A DNA stretch of 64,000 nucleotides, from positions 52,018,001-52,082,000 of the forward strand of contig OZ241828.1 of NCBI GenBank assembly GCA_965202585.1, written 5' to 3'. The notes under the pieces were generated by a model. That model was not told the origin of the DNA and did no database searches. It saw only the letters and a list, made by a program, of their open reading frames with translations. The position numbers were made by a program, and so were the translations under genes. The DNA comes from Thalia democratica. Taxonomy: Eukaryota. Below are positions 61,901 through 64,000 of this stretch, one piece after another; within the stretch, counting starts at the first letter, position 1, and each line of letters starts with the position of its first letter.

Positions 61901-64000
61901 AAAAAGACATATCTAGTTTACAATTTATTAGTTTTACCAATATGGTAGCCAATAAACAGCTATGGATGTATTTAAACTATAATGTAAACTTTTTGTATGG
62001 AATAAAAAAAGGTTACGAACATTGGTTTTAAAACAGTAATTTATTTTTATGATAAAAAGTTAACACTTTTTATTATTGTTTTTCATCAACGGAAAGTTAA
62101 TTTTTACAAAATTGTAAATAAACTAATTTCCATTATCGAAAATATTACTTGTAGAACAACTAAGTGTAATAAAAGTAAGTTTCTTATAATAACAAACATT
62201 AAAAAGTTATATTCTACACTTTTTATCTATTATTTTCAAATGCTCAACTTTTAAAGTGTTTAGAAAATACTATGGAAATAAGACTACACTTAAAAAGTTT
62301 TTGTCCTGTTTGGATAGGATGTTTAACTAACATGTTACTTTTTTTTTCATTTGAGTTTAGTTGCTTTATAGATTTTAAATTTCTGACTGTCTTTTATTAG
62401 CCTTCTACATTGAAAAAACTTAAATAGACACCAAAAACAATTATATAATATCGTCTAAAGACAATTATAACTAAACTGATCAAAAACGTTTATTATTGTT
62501 TTTCGTGTAGAAAAGGTTGACTGTGATGATAAAAAGAGTTTTCAACTATGTGTTTAAAAACATTATATATCATAATAAGTAATATTAGCTACTTGTAACT
62601 GAAAACTTATATTTAAAAATGCTAGATACTTTTTATATTTTAAAGTATTTTATAAAGTATACATTTTTGTTTGTAATAACTATATAAAATTATTATAATT
62701 ACAATAACAACTATGTTTTTTTTTTTTATTTGTAGCTCATTATAAAGTTTTAATTAAGTTTGGTATGCAACTAGATGACCGAGAGGTCTTTTTGCTTATC
62801 CAGGTTCTTGAACTAAAAAGCTTTGAGCTATTTTTCGTTTTTTTTCCATAAACCACTATAATCAATTCTGAAGTAATCCTAAACTTACAGGGTTTTTAAG
62901 TAAAATAGTTAACTGTTATAACATTTTTACATTAAAACATCTCAAAAAATTATTATGAAAGTCTTATAATTGGTTTAGATTAATAGCTTGATAAAATTTA
63001 CTTATAAAAACTTTTTTTTAACTTGGAGTATTAACTTTTATTTCTCATAGGTTTTTTTAAAGATAGAAATACTATTTAAAATTATTTCATACACACAGGC
63101 TTTACTTTATTTAAAAACTGCAGAACTACAACCCATGAATTTAATGCAAATTTTCTCTAATTTTCTTTACATGCAAAAATAATAGATTATTATGCAATTC
63201 TACATTATGAACTTCAAAAATTAAGTAATATTTATGGAATGATGAAAAAAACTTTAAGTTTAGTTTACACACACAATTCTGTTTTAAAACAAGATTTATA
63301 AGCTTTTAAATTAGGTTAGATAATCAACTATATGTTTTAATGTGCCAAATTTTCTTTATAACAAAGTTATCAAGTTTTGCATTGCTTATAATGTGTTGTA
63401 TTTCAACTTATAGTACAATTTGCAAGTGCGAAAGTTAAAAAAAGTTCTAAGGCATACATTTGTTTTTATTATTATAATTGTTAATTAATAGTTGAAAATT
63501 ATTAGTAATGTTTTTATAAGCTGTATAAAATATTATTTTTGCAAAAGAAGATTACACTGATATATAAATACTTTTTTAGTATAAGGCGCAGTCTTATGAA
63601 TATATACTTTGTATATAAAAGTTTAAAAGGTTATCCTCAACTATTTTTTTAATGTATATCAAAACGAGCCCTACGTATTAATTTTCATAAGGTCGTAAAA
63701 CTGTTTTAAAAATCATGCTTATACAACGCTCTAGTAGTTTTATTTTGACTTTGTTACCAGTAAACTTTTTTTACAATAAAATACAAAACAAAACTTATTA
63801 TCTTTATCTTAAGATAAATTTCAAAAAACATTTTTTTCTTTAAAATCTACCAGCAAAGTAATCAACTAGAATTCTTTGTAAAGCTTTATTAAATAATTAA
63901 TGCTTCGTTTATGAAATTTAATCACACCTAGTAAACAAAGTTCAAAAATTAGCAAGACTATATGGGTTCTAAACTTTAAACGTTTTATTTTAACAAGTTT

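Noticed and set aside
59000-64000. Five kb upstream of the gelsolin ATG
   Set aside because: AT-rich non-coding sequence; nothing supportable apart from one SINE-like fragment at about 62770.

Overview
Very AT-rich eukaryotic (metazoan) genomic DNA with GT-AG introns. It is probably from an invertebrate chordate such as a tunicate; this is inferred only from the vertebrate-like gelsolin and the CYP4 gene, not established. Three conventional genes can be rebuilt with frame-consistent splice sites: a 2-exon BACK/Kelch gene (minus), an 11-exon CYP4-clan P450 (plus, 516 aa) and a convergent 15-exon six-domain gelsolin (minus, 734 aa). The most unusual locus is 6.6-10.5 kb, an array of intron-free, catalytic-domain-only PARP-like (H-Y-E) ADP-ribosyltransferase (ART) genes. 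One paralog (B) is complete. The second (A) exists only as complementary fragments flanking B: an N-intact/C-truncated copy upstream and an 817-bp tandem array of N-truncated/C-intact copies downstream. An inverted relic of the same family lies at about 14.5-15.1 kb. The window also holds a Penelope-like/hammerhead set: one predicted-intact minimal hammerhead ribozyme, five decayed ones (two in a 334-bp tandem) and an RT/GIY-YIG fragment in CYP intron 1. Other elements are MITEs with 6-bp target-site duplications, foldback-like elements, a SINE-like repeat, and decayed GPCR and kinase fragments. All calls were made by eye without database searches.
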